Shown piece by piece: positions 7,103 through 15,156 of a stretch of 32,000 bases of DNA. The stretch is from assembly GCA_016699935.1 (NCBI GenBank), contig CP064992.1, positions 600,001 to 632,000 of the forward strand. The letters run 5' to 3'. The position numbers were made by a program, and so were the translations under genes. Position 1 is the first letter of the stretch. Each line of letters opens with the position of its first letter. The stretch comes from Candidatus Saccharimonadota bacterium. GTDB taxonomy: Bacteria; Patescibacteriota; Saccharimonadia; Saccharimonadales; UBA4665. A model generated the notes under the pieces. The model worked only from the letters and a program-made list of their open reading frames with translations, did no database searches and was not told the DNA's origin.

Positions 7103-7294
7103 CTAGGCTAAGAGGCCTTTTTTCTTGAGGGTGCGGATGGCCTGAGTGCTTATCTTGAGCTTTACTTTTTTACCATCTACTTCAACAGTTTTGGTCTGAA
7201 GATTTGGTTTCCAAACCTTTTTTGTGTGGCGTTGGGAGAAGCTGACATTGCTGCCATATTGCTTGCCTTTGCCGGTAAGATCACATTTTTGCAT
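7103..7294 (-). CDS. rpmB: 50S ribosomal protein L28
   Basis: MQKCDLTGKGKQYGSNVSFSQRHTKKVWKPNLQ... is the L28 signature; the protein is 63 aa. Confidence 0.9.
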   Translation of the reverse strand: MQKCDLTGKGKQYGSNVSFSQRHTKKVWKPNLQTKTVEVDGKKVKLKISTQAIRTLKKKGLLA

Positions 7295-7379
7295 TGCAAA
7301 CTCCGAGTTAGGGTTAGATTCAAGGTGTAATTGTACAGATTTTCGCCGTAGAAGTCAACGCTGCTATACTATATAGGTT

Positions 7380-7991
7380 ATGGGTGACTTCTCTTTGTAT
7401 AGTCTCTGTCTTTTTATCGTGTGCTTATTGGTAGCGATGACGGTACACGAGTTCATGCATGCCTACGTAGGCTTAAAGCTCGGTGATACCACCGCTAAAG
7501 ATCAAGGCAGGATTTCGCTGAACCCACTGAGCCATATTGATCCGTTCATGACGGTTGTTCTGCCAGCCATAACGTACGCGCTCTGGCAGGTTCTGTTCCT
7601 GGCGGCCAAACCCGTCCCGTTTCATCCCGGAAGGCTAAAATACGATGAATACGGTGCTGCCATGCTGGCCGCGGCTGGTCCGCTCTCTAATTTGGCACTG
7701 GCATTTTTGAGTGCAGTTGCTTTAAAATCATTTTCATTGCAAGGGCTTGCACTCGATTTGGTATCAACTTTTTTAGTGTTGAATGTCGGACTGTTTGTTT
7801 TCAACCTTATACCCATACCCCCCTTAGACGGTTCCCGCGTGCTCTACGCATTTGCTCCGGAGCCGCTTCAGGAGTTTATGGAAAAAGTTGAACCCTACGG
7901 CTTCATGATTATCATTGCGCTCGTATTGCTTGGTGGCTTTGGGGGATGGCTTAGTAACCTCAATCAGGCAGTACTAAGCGCCATACTGTGA
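7380..7991 (+). CDS. Site-2 protease family (peptidase M50) membrane metalloprotease
   Basis: It has an HEFMHAY zinc motif, multiple hydrophobic segments, and LIPIPPLDGSRV. Confidence 0.8.
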   Translation: MGDFSLYSLCLFIVCLLVAMTVHEFMHAYVGLKLGDTTAKDQGRISLNPLSHIDPFMTVVLPAITYALWQVLFLAAKPVPFHPGRLKYDEYGAAMLAAAGPLSNLALAFLSAVALKSFSLQGLALDLVSTFLVLNVGLFVFNLIPIPPLDGSRVLYAFAPEPLQEFMEKVEPYGFMIIIALVLLGGFGGWLSNLNQAVLSAIL

Positions 7992-7993
7992 GA

Positions 7994-8461
7994 TTATTTG
8001 TTATTAAACTGATCCCAGGGCGTCAGGAGACCGTAAAGAGCTATGTATATACCATGCTTTAGAACTTGGGCGCCCGCTATGGCCATACCAAGGTTAAAGT
8101 CTGCTTCCGAATCGTAGAACTTCTCTGGTACGCGAGACCCGGTTAGTATGATAGTTTTATCCTTGATTGTAGAAAGCACTTTTGCTGTCTTATGAATTGT
8201 ATCGGTGCCATGAGTAATGACTATGCGTTCTTCCTTTACAGCGGAGACGGCGTGTTTTATGAGGGTGCGGTCGCTCTCTGTCATATCGAGACTATCTTTG
8301 CGCAGTACGGTCATAACTCTGTATGAAAAAATCAGGGTTAGCTCTTTCCAGCGTGCGTAAAAGCTTGGCTCACCTATTTCAAAATAATATCCATGATTGT
8401 TATCGTTTTCAGGATAATCTTTGTCTATGGTTCCACCTGTCTGTACAAAAAGTATTGTCAT
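7994..8461 (-). CDS. Short L-asparaginase-like protein (N-terminal domain type)
   Basis: It carries VQTGGTIDK (the catalytic Thr motif) and ITHGTDT; the protein is 155 aa. Confidence 0.65.
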   Translation of the reverse strand: MTILFVQTGGTIDKDYPENDNNHGYYFEIGEPSFYARWKELTLIFSYRVMTVLRKDSLDMTESDRTLIKHAVSAVKEERIVITHGTDTIHKTAKVLSTIKDKTIILTGSRVPEKFYDSEADFNLGMAIAGAQVLKHGIYIALYGLLTPWDQFNNK

Positions 8462-8467
8462 ACAGCG

Positions 8468-8473
8468 ATTATA
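8468..8473 (-). promoter_or_regulatory. TATAAT -10 box 6 nt upstream of the asparaginase-like ATG (implies a leaderless mRNA)
   Basis: The minus strand reads GATATAATCGCTGTATG, with no Shine-Dalgarno sequence. Confidence 0.4.
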
Positions 8474-8695
8474 TCTTTTCGCTGACGCTGTTACAAGGTA
8501 ATTTTTCGGGGTATACTAAGAGTGCTGGGTAGGCCTCGCCATTGGCGGGGTGGCCAACATATGATTATCTGAATACTAATCATATGGGAACCCAATATTT
8601 GTCTGTAGCTTTGGCTGCAGCGTGCGGGTACCCACCTTGAATCTTTTCAGGGTTAATCACGTTGGCGCCCAGCATTATGTAACAAATAAATACAC

Positions 8696-9532
8696 TTATT
8701 GAAAGTAGTATAGGTGGTATGGCGGGAGCTTTCCCGCTTCGAAATCTTGTTGAAACTTGCGCCATTTCTGGACTTTTGCGGGGTACCATTGCTGGCCGAC
8801 AAGTAGCGTATCATTCTTGTGCTTCCGGTAGATTGCCTCGAATATGTCAGCCCAGTCGCTATACGTTTTGCTCGATACAACCCCGTCACCACCATATCGT
8901 TGATGATAGTTATACAGCACCTCCTCTACGTACAGGAATCCATGAGGATATTTCTCGCCAATGGTCATTGCTATATCCCAGTCTTCCATTGCTCCGAGTG
9001 TTTCGTCCCACCGGATTCCCTGATCGTAAAGTGACCGCAAGTGCATAAAACCATTTGCATCAAAGTGAAGCTTTTTCATGAATATATCTTTGAGTGTCAG
9101 GCCGAGTGGGGTATCAGCTGAATCGTCGATAGTTTTTACCAGTATGCCATTCTCATATAGCTCAAGCGTACGGTGGGCGCGTGGTATGGAAAAGACGGTT
9201 TGTGGATTGCGTGTAAACAACTTGAGCATGGTTGCCAGGTAGTGCGGCAGAAGCTCATTATCACTATCGAGGTAAGCGACCAATGTTCCACGTGAGACTG
9301 AAAGACCATGGTTACGAGCGGAGGCTGCGCCAGCATTGAATTGCTTGATGTATGTTATACGCTTGTCATGGTATCCACGAATGAGCTCACTCGTGTTGTC
9401 AGTTGAGCCATCATCTACGACGATAAGTTCCCATTCGTCGTATGTCTGACTCAGTACGCTTTCGATGGCATACCCGATGGCATACCCGCGATTGTATGTC
9501 GGCATAATGATAGATACAGCAGGTGTATTCAT
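8696..9532 (-). CDS. Family 2 glycosyltransferase
   Basis: VSIIMPTYNRGYAIGYAIESVLSQTYDEWELIVVDDGSTD and LDSDN match a GT2 (GT-A fold) protein with a DxD-type motif. Confidence 0.85.
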   Translation of the reverse strand: MNTPAVSIIMPTYNRGYAIGYAIESVLSQTYDEWELIVVDDGSTDNTSELIRGYHDKRITYIKQFNAGAASARNHGLSVSRGTLVAYLDSDNELLPHYLATMLKLFTRNPQTVFSIPRAHRTLELYENGILVKTIDDSADTPLGLTLKDIFMKKLHFDANGFMHLRSLYDQGIRWDETLGAMEDWDIAMTIGEKYPHGFLYVEEVLYNYHQRYGGDGVVSSKTYSDWADIFEAIYRKHKNDTLLVGQQWYPAKVQKWRKFQQDFEAGKLPPYHLYYFQ

Positions 9533-9788
9533 AAATCATGACTCAATTCGTATTTCAATGGTCGAGTAGGAGCGATTAACCTTGAACAGTTAGACGTACT
9601 CCTTAACTCACTCAAAACCTACTGGGATTATAGCAATCAAAAGAGCTTTTGGACGAGATTAAAGCCCCAGCGGCTACAGCTACAATAAGTGAAATTGACC
9701 TTGCTTACGAGCTTTAACAGGGGTAAATCGTAGACATCACTTAGATAAACGTAATGCGACTTGAACAGAGGGTAGAGTTATAGCTAAA

Positions 9789-10808
9789 TTATTTGGATTC
9801 TTCGTCTGGTGAAGCAACCATACTTAACTCAAGCCCAACGGTTTCAAAGATTTGTTCAAAGCCCTTGCCATATTCACCGCCACCGCCGTAGTCCTCAGTC
9901 TTTAGCTTAGCCCAGTCTGCCTTTGCATAGTCTAGAGAGGTTTGGGCTGATTTAACGAGCTGTGCGAACAATTCCGTTGCTTTAGGGTTAGCCTTAGCTG
10001 CCTTCACGACATCTAGAACCTTATTCCAATGTTCGGCTAGAAAGTCAGGTGAAGCGTCACGCTGCCAGCTTGCAGGGCCAAAGCCTTGTTCTTCTGGCTC
10101 CGTAAGTAAACCGACATTACCAGCATTTACATATTCTCTAACATCGCCTTGCTGGGCGTGTTCGTACAGGCTAGTAAGTTCAACCGTAACAGGTGATTCG
10201 CCTAAGCCAATATGCTCAAGCCCAGCAACAATGCCTTTGCCGTAAGCAAGTGTTTCTAGAACTGTATGCTCATCAGCGTCACCACTTATAGCGTCCTTTG
10301 CTTCGGCGATTACGCTTCCAGCTACACCAGCAGCACTATGCTGGAAATCTTCGTTAGCGTCTTCTGGATTAACTGCTAGTAGGAAAGTGCTGAACTTGCC
10401 ACCATCAGTCACTTGTAAACGGACTTTACCGACAGACTGTTCTCCCTGCGGACCATACATGGTGCTGGTCTTACGAAGTGGTGAAAGCGTCAAACCAGTA
10501 GATTCAAGAACGGGGGCGTTAGTGATCCCAACAATCGAACGAGCCATCTGTTCTTCTTCACTAAGAGGTAGCTTATCGCTTCCTACAAAGGCAGCCGTTT
10601 GTTCTGCTTCCTCTTGAGTCGCGCCAGCGTCCATAAGTTCTTGAGCTTTCTGTGCTTCGCCAACGTGGTCAATCATAGCTCTAGCCATCAACTTACCAAG
10701 CGAGAACTGGTCGTTATGTTCGTTAATAGTAGCGACAGTTTCGTTAAAAGCTGCCAAGTCCTCTGGTCGAGAACCGAACTCTGGTGTAGGTGCTGTAAAT
10801 TCACTCAT
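9789..10808 (-). CDS. Hypothetical strongly acidic protein (339 aa)
   Basis: This is a long uninterrupted ORF. By my count it has 56 D+E versus 25 K+R. I recognise no motif. Confidence 0.6.
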   Translation of the reverse strand: MSEFTAPTPEFGSRPEDLAAFNETVATINEHNDQFSLGKLMARAMIDHVGEAQKAQELMDAGATQEEAEQTAAFVGSDKLPLSEEEQMARSIVGITNAPVLESTGLTLSPLRKTSTMYGPQGEQSVGKVRLQVTDGGKFSTFLLAVNPEDANEDFQHSAAGVAGSVIAEAKDAISGDADEHTVLETLAYGKGIVAGLEHIGLGESPVTVELTSLYEHAQQGDVREYVNAGNVGLLTEPEEQGFGPASWQRDASPDFLAEHWNKVLDVVKAAKANPKATELFAQLVKSAQTSLDYAKADWAKLKTEDYGGGGEYGKGFEQIFETVGLELSMVASPDEESK

Positions 10809-11134
10809 AATGTATGTAGTTACCTTATTTTTGTTTTTATTTAACTGTAGACATCATAGCATAGCTTAGGTGATTTGTCAAACGTATTGGGAGCGGCCTC
10901 TTTCGCGGAAGTAATGTCTTACCCAACTTTGGTAAATAAACCTGTCCTAGACGCTCTCCGTGTGTTCCAGAGAGTATACAAAGTCATTCACTAATTTGCA
11001 TAACAGGGGCATGAAGTGGCATGCGGAGATTTTATTTCCAGATTTTGACCCCTCAACGCCATTTTCCGTTATTAACTCGCCTCTATTATCGAACACTGTA
11101 CCCATTAGAATCTTGTGCGAGGCTACTAGTTAAG

Positions 11135-11368
11135 CTAGGGAGTAGTACGAAAATTAAAGTTCACCTTACGCTGGTTCTCGTGAGCCAGAGCCATTGCTTC
11201 GGCGAACAATGGTTCACTTTTCAAGTAGTAATAATATGTGCTTTTACTGATCCTTGCATACTTACAGGCGTCACTAATGGGGTAGTTGTGAGCTACTGAA
11301 TCAGCCAGCTTGCTAATAGTCTTAAAATTAAATTCCTGTGGTCTTCCCACTGCTTTTTTAATTGCCAT
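11135..11368 (-). CDS. Small helix-turn-helix DNA-binding protein (phage terminase-small-subunit-like HTH; possible recombination directionality factor or regulator)
   Basis: MAIKKAVGRPQEFNFKTISKLADSVAHNYPISDACKYARISKSTYYYYLKSEPLFAEAM shows a GRP...HTH...Y.W/Y pattern. It is divergent from the recombinase gene. Confidence 0.45.
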   Translation of the reverse strand: MAIKKAVGRPQEFNFKTISKLADSVAHNYPISDACKYARISKSTYYYYLKSEPLFAEAMALAHENQRKVNFNFRTTP

Positions 11369-11418
11369 AAACTCCTCTTTTTGTGTTAGCCCTCTCTATA
11401 ATTATCTCATAAGGGTGC

Positions 11419-11447
11419 TTGCATAATGCTAATGATTAGAGTATAAT
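11419..11447 (+). promoter_or_regulatory. Strong sigma70-like promoter TTGCAT-17 nt-TATAAT facing the recombinase gene
   Basis: The hexamers are at 11419-11424 and 11442-11447, with exactly 17 nt between them. Confidence 0.5.
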
Positions 11448-11455
11448 TAGTAGAG

Positions 11456-11506
11456 TAGACGCCAACCAAAAGTCCTTTCAGGCAGAGGATTTTTGCGTGG
11501 CGTCTA
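11456..11506. repeat. 51-bp imperfect palindrome (long hairpin) right at the predicted transcription start
   Basis: The outer arms are TAGACGCCA and TGGCGTCTA. The inner arms are AAAAGTCCT and AGGATTTTT, with one mismatch. TTTGATT follows. Confidence 0.7.
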
Positions 11507-11833
11507 TTTGATTCTATAGACCACCATGCAAGCCTCAGCGAACTAATAAAATTATCGCCCTGAACCTTTTGCGAGGTGAAGACCCTAACCAGCTTCACTA
11601 GTCAAAGAAAGACTCGGTGTGAGCAATAATGTTGTCCACAAAGCTGTACCAAACCAAAAAGTAAAACAAACAAATGAAGACGTCTTAGCCGAATGGCTAG
11701 AATTGCTTAAGCAAGTAGATTTGGACGGTCCACTTGCCAAGCTGAACGAAACAACAATGAACGACAATAACGGAGGTCGTATAGAGCTTTAGTATTAGCC
11801 ATTGCCCCTGATTACGAGTAAAATAAGAGTGTT

Positions 11834-13445
11834 ATGTACCAAGACGAAGACGAACCGCAAGTAGATATTACCAAGCTACGCTATGTGCTGTATGCTCGCA
11901 AGTCTACCGACGATCCAAAGCGTCAAATACGCTCTATAAATGACCAGATAGACGAGTGTAAGCTGTTGGCTGAACGTAGTGGTATGCGAATCGTAAAAGT
12001 TTTTAAAGAAGAAAAGTCAGCCAAGAAACCCAATAATCGCAAAGTCTTTAACGAGATGATGAGAGGTGTTGAGAGCGGGAAATATGATGGCATAGTGGCG
12101 TGGAACCCTGACCGTCTAGCCCGTAACATGATTGAGGGCAGCCACATTCTAAATCTTATAGATGATGGTACGATACAGGACCTTAAGTTCGTCACGCACT
12201 ACTTTACCAATGATGCTAGTGGCAAAATGTTACTCGGAATATCGTTCGTCATGGCGGACTACTACTCTCGTAACCTTTCACAAAACGTAACCAGAGGTGT
12301 TAGGAAAGGGCTAAAAGAGGGCAAGTCGTCTGGCACACCAATGCACGGTTACATCAGAGGTGAAGACGGTATCTATCGCCCCGATAACGAGAATGACAGT
12401 AAGAACTTCGACCTTATTTGTGAAGCATGGGAAATGCGTAAGGCTGGTAAGTCGCTAGAATCTATCGCCAAGCACATGAACGATAACGGGTATGGTCGTC
12501 TCTATAAAGACAATGCTGAAAAGGCTGGTCAAAAGGTTTTGATGACCGATAAGATTTTGAGCGACAGGGTGTTTCCTAACCCCTTTTATTACGGCGTACT
12601 AATTCAAAAAGGCAAAGCGATAGACCTTAGAGAGTTAGAGAGCTATGACTTCACGCCAGCTACAGATGAGGAAACTTATAACTATGTTCAGAGCCTTACG
12701 GGTAGACGCTCGACAGCCCAGACCAAACGTAAGGTCTTTAAGCCGTTAGTGGAGATGGTCTACTGCGCCTACTGTAACGCTAAGATGTACCCACAAACAC
12801 CTAAGAGCGGTAAGAAAACTGAAACCAAAAGAATCCTATCGTACCGCTGCGATAACAAGTTTTGTCAACGTAAAAACAAAGAACTTAAGCTAAACCAATC
12901 TGTTAGAGGGATAGAAATCTTTAAGTTCATGTATGAAATGCTAGATGGCTTAGACGTTAATCGTGATGATTATGAGAAGCTCCGTAAACGTCTGGAATAC
13001 CGTAACAAAGCCAAGTTACAGGAAACCCGTATACAGATTCACTCTCTGCAAGGTGCAGTAAAAGCATAGACCGTGATGTGAATGAGCGTAGCCTAAAGAT
13101 AATTAACCTCAAGAAAGACAGCCCTGTATACAAGAATAACGAGAAGTACATAGAGGAGCAGTCTGTGAAAATGCAGGGCTTCAAGAAGACATAGACAAGC
13201 TCCAAGAACAAATTACCGATCCAGACCAAGACATCATGAGCTTCGAGGAGTTCTTGAACATAGTCAATAACGCTGGAAAACTCCTTAGAGCAGCCGATGT
13301 AGGTCTGAAAGACAGAATTGCCCGTCTAATCTACTTGAACGTGCATGTAGACAGCGAAAAAGTGGTCGATTATCAGATGAGAGAGCCGTTCAAAACATAC
13401 TTCAAAACCCATAAAATCTCGAATGGTCGGGGTGACAGGACTTGA
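11834..13445 (+). CDS. Large serine recombinase (integrase type), two frameshifts in the C-terminal third
   Basis: The N-terminal resolvase domain reads LRYVLYARKSTDD...GIVAWNPDRLARN. A recombinase domain and a zinc ribbon (CAYCNAKMY...YRCDNKFCQRKN) follow. The C-terminal part is readable in two other frames (13070-13192, then 13191-13445). The last 22 nt overlap tRNA-Pro. Confidence 0.85.
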
Positions 13446-13498
13446 ACCTGCGACCTCACGGCCCCAGCCGTACGCGCTACCAACTGCGCTACACCCCG
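13424..13498 (-). tRNA. tRNA-Pro (anticodon GGG or UGG; the anticodon loop has only 6 nt as assembled), CCA encoded
   Basis: The reverse complement is CGGGGTG TA GCGC AGTTGGTA GCGC G TACGG CTGGGG CCGTG AGGTC GCAGG TTCAAGT CCTGT CACCCCG A CCA. The fold is a good cloverleaf. The loop is one nt short, inside a G-run. Confidence 0.8.
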
Positions 13499-13833
13499 AT
13501 GCTTTCATCTTACCATCATTGCTTAGATTCGCTGTGGGCCTACGGTCACGTTCCGCGACCCCGTCGCCACATCTTTGAAAACAAGTTTTCAAGAGTGGAC
13601 TCCTTGCGGCCCGCCACTGGCAGTCCTCACCCAGCCGTACGCGCTACCAACTGCGCTACACCCCGATGCTTTCATCTTACCATCATTGCTTAGATTCGCT
13701 GTGGGCCTACGGTCACGTTCCGCGACCCCGTCGCCACATCTTTGAAAACAAGTTTTCAAGAGTGGACTCCCTTGCGGCCCGCCACTGGCAGTCCTCACCC
13801 AGCCGTACGCGCTACCAACTGCGCTACACCCCG
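13454..13833. repeat. Tandem repeat with a ~168-bp period and ~2.2 copies. Each copy contains tRNA-Pro positions ~1-47 plus ~127 bp of upstream sequence.
   Basis: tRNA 5'-part copies lie at 13454-13498 (within the intact gene), 13625-13665 and 13793-13833. The intervening 126/127-bp blocks (13499-13624 and 13666-13792) differ only by one C in a C-run. The fragments lack GGCC of the anticodon arm and diverge from the tRNA at the T-arm. Confidence 0.9.
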
Positions 13834-14020
13834 ATAAGGTCATGAGACAAACCTTCGGTTTTCTCATCGCGCCGGGCTAAAAGCGTGGTTTTCGCTCGGG
13901 CTGCTCTTTTCCCTAAGCTTTAAAGCATAGTGGACTTGAACAGAGGTGATTATACGCCAACGGAATATTATTATCCAGGGGATCAGATTTGTGCACTCAA
14001 GCTGTGGTACGATAGTGCTT

Positions 14021-14735
14021 ATGTGGCAAGAAACAAAACATGGGCTTTATAAACAATTTGTCTTTACCGACTTTCACCATGCGTGGTCGTTTATGGAAAA
14101 AGTGAGCGTAGTTGTAAATGATCTTGACCATCATCCACGTTGGCAGAACGAATGGAACGTTGTAGAATTTTGGCTGTCAACACATGAACCTATGCAATCA
14201 ATCACCGAGAAAGACTGGGAACTCTCCAAGAAGATTGATGTAATTGCTGGCAATGATGCAGAAACTGCACCGGCGGCTTATGATGATAAAATTACTACAC
14301 AAATAACAGAGGTGCAGCTCTATACAGATGGTGGTTCTCGGGGTAATCCTGGTCCGTCAGCCAGCGGCTTTGTTCTGCTCGATATGGAAGGAAAAGTCGT
14401 GCATGAGCATGGCATTTTTCTCGGAATTACAACGAACAATCAGGCAGAATATCAGGCGCTGAAGATTGGTCTTGAGGCTGCTTTACAAAAATTTCAGGCT
14501 CGGAATGTGTATGTGTACATGGACAGTATGCTTGTGGTGAACCAAATGAAACGAATTATTCAAAGTCAAAAATCGCGACTTATGGCCTATCCACGACGCT
14601 ATTCAGCAGCTTCTCCCGAAGTTTGAGAAAGTGACATTTGACCATATACCGCGCGAACTCAACAAGCTAGCAGACGCTGAGGTAAATAAAGTACTCGATG
14701 CACAGCTTGAGTCGGCAGCACAGCACGTTGAGTAA
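14021..14735 (+). CDS. rnhA: Fusion protein with an N-terminal pterin-4a-carbinolamine dehydratase (PCD/DCoH)-like domain and a C-terminal RNase HI domain, one frameshift near 14558
   Basis: The PCD core is FVFTDFHHAWSFMEKVSVVVNDLDHHPRWQNEWNVVEFWLSTHE. The RNase H core is QLYTDGGSRGNPGP...NNQAEYQAL...YMDSMLVV, and the tail ...KVKNRDLWPIHDAI...NKLADAEVNK is in the next frame as far as the TAA at 14733-14735. Confidence 0.7.
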
Positions 14736-14776
14736 TTTTGCCGAGAAGCACAAACGAAATCTGTTAGAATAGGGAT

Positions 14777-15156
14777 ATGTTTGGAGCACTCCTCGGTTGG
14801 TGGTATGGGCTCGGTTGGAGTATGCAGCTACGTAGCGCGGCAATCCGCTGGGCGCGTTGGGTCGATTACTTCTCGTTTAGTACCATTGGACGGACACTTT
14901 TGCGCCGTTTCGACAAATAGGTTCGGGAAGCTCTGGTGGCTCAATAGATGCACAGTTTAGGCAATGGGTTGATCGCACCTTCTCCCGAGCGATAGGATTT
15001 GTTGTGCGCTTATGTACCGTGGTGTTTGGATCTGTGTGTATGCTTATGATCGGTATGGTGACTATTGGCCAACTGATAGGGTGGCTTCTAATGCCACTAT
15101 TGCCTTTCCTTGGAGCTATCTTAAGCTTAACAGGGTGGATACCATGGCGGAGCTAG
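14777..15156 (+). CDS. Small membrane protein, one frameshift near 14897, overlapping the start of the downstream ATPase gene
   Basis: MFGALLGWWYGLGW...FSTIGRTLFAPFRQIGSG...VVFGSVCMLMIGMVTIGQLIGWLLMPLLPFLGAILSL. Its stop at 15154-15156 overlaps the ATG at 15144 of the next gene. Confidence 0.5.

Larger units (their letters stand above)
9758..13946. mobile_element. Candidate integrated or degenerate mobile segment (acidic orphan, HTH, large serine recombinase, tRNA-Pro array)
   Basis: Identical 14-mers GACTTGAACAGAGG at 9758-9771 and 13933-13946 bracket the only recombinase in the window and its neighbours. A 14-mer pair is not statistically decisive on its own. Confidence 0.3.

Noticed and set aside
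8558-8586. Perfect 10-bp inverted repeat CATATGATTA-N9-TAATCATATG between the GT2 and asparaginase-like genes
   Set aside because: The repeat is real, but it has no U-tract, no second copy and no adjacent regulator gene. That is not enough to call it a terminator or an operator.
11619-11792. 57-codon GTG-initiated ORF upstream of the recombinase, as a possible excisionase
   Set aside because: It has no convincing Shine-Dalgarno sequence, a non-ATG start and no recognisable DNA-binding motif. It is mentioned only as part of the candidate element.
13326-13867. Track ORFs 13326-13592(-), 13442-13693(+) and 13589-13867(-)
   Set aside because: They are translations across tRNA-Pro and its tandem copies. 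The duplicated peptide strings simply mirror the DNA repeat.
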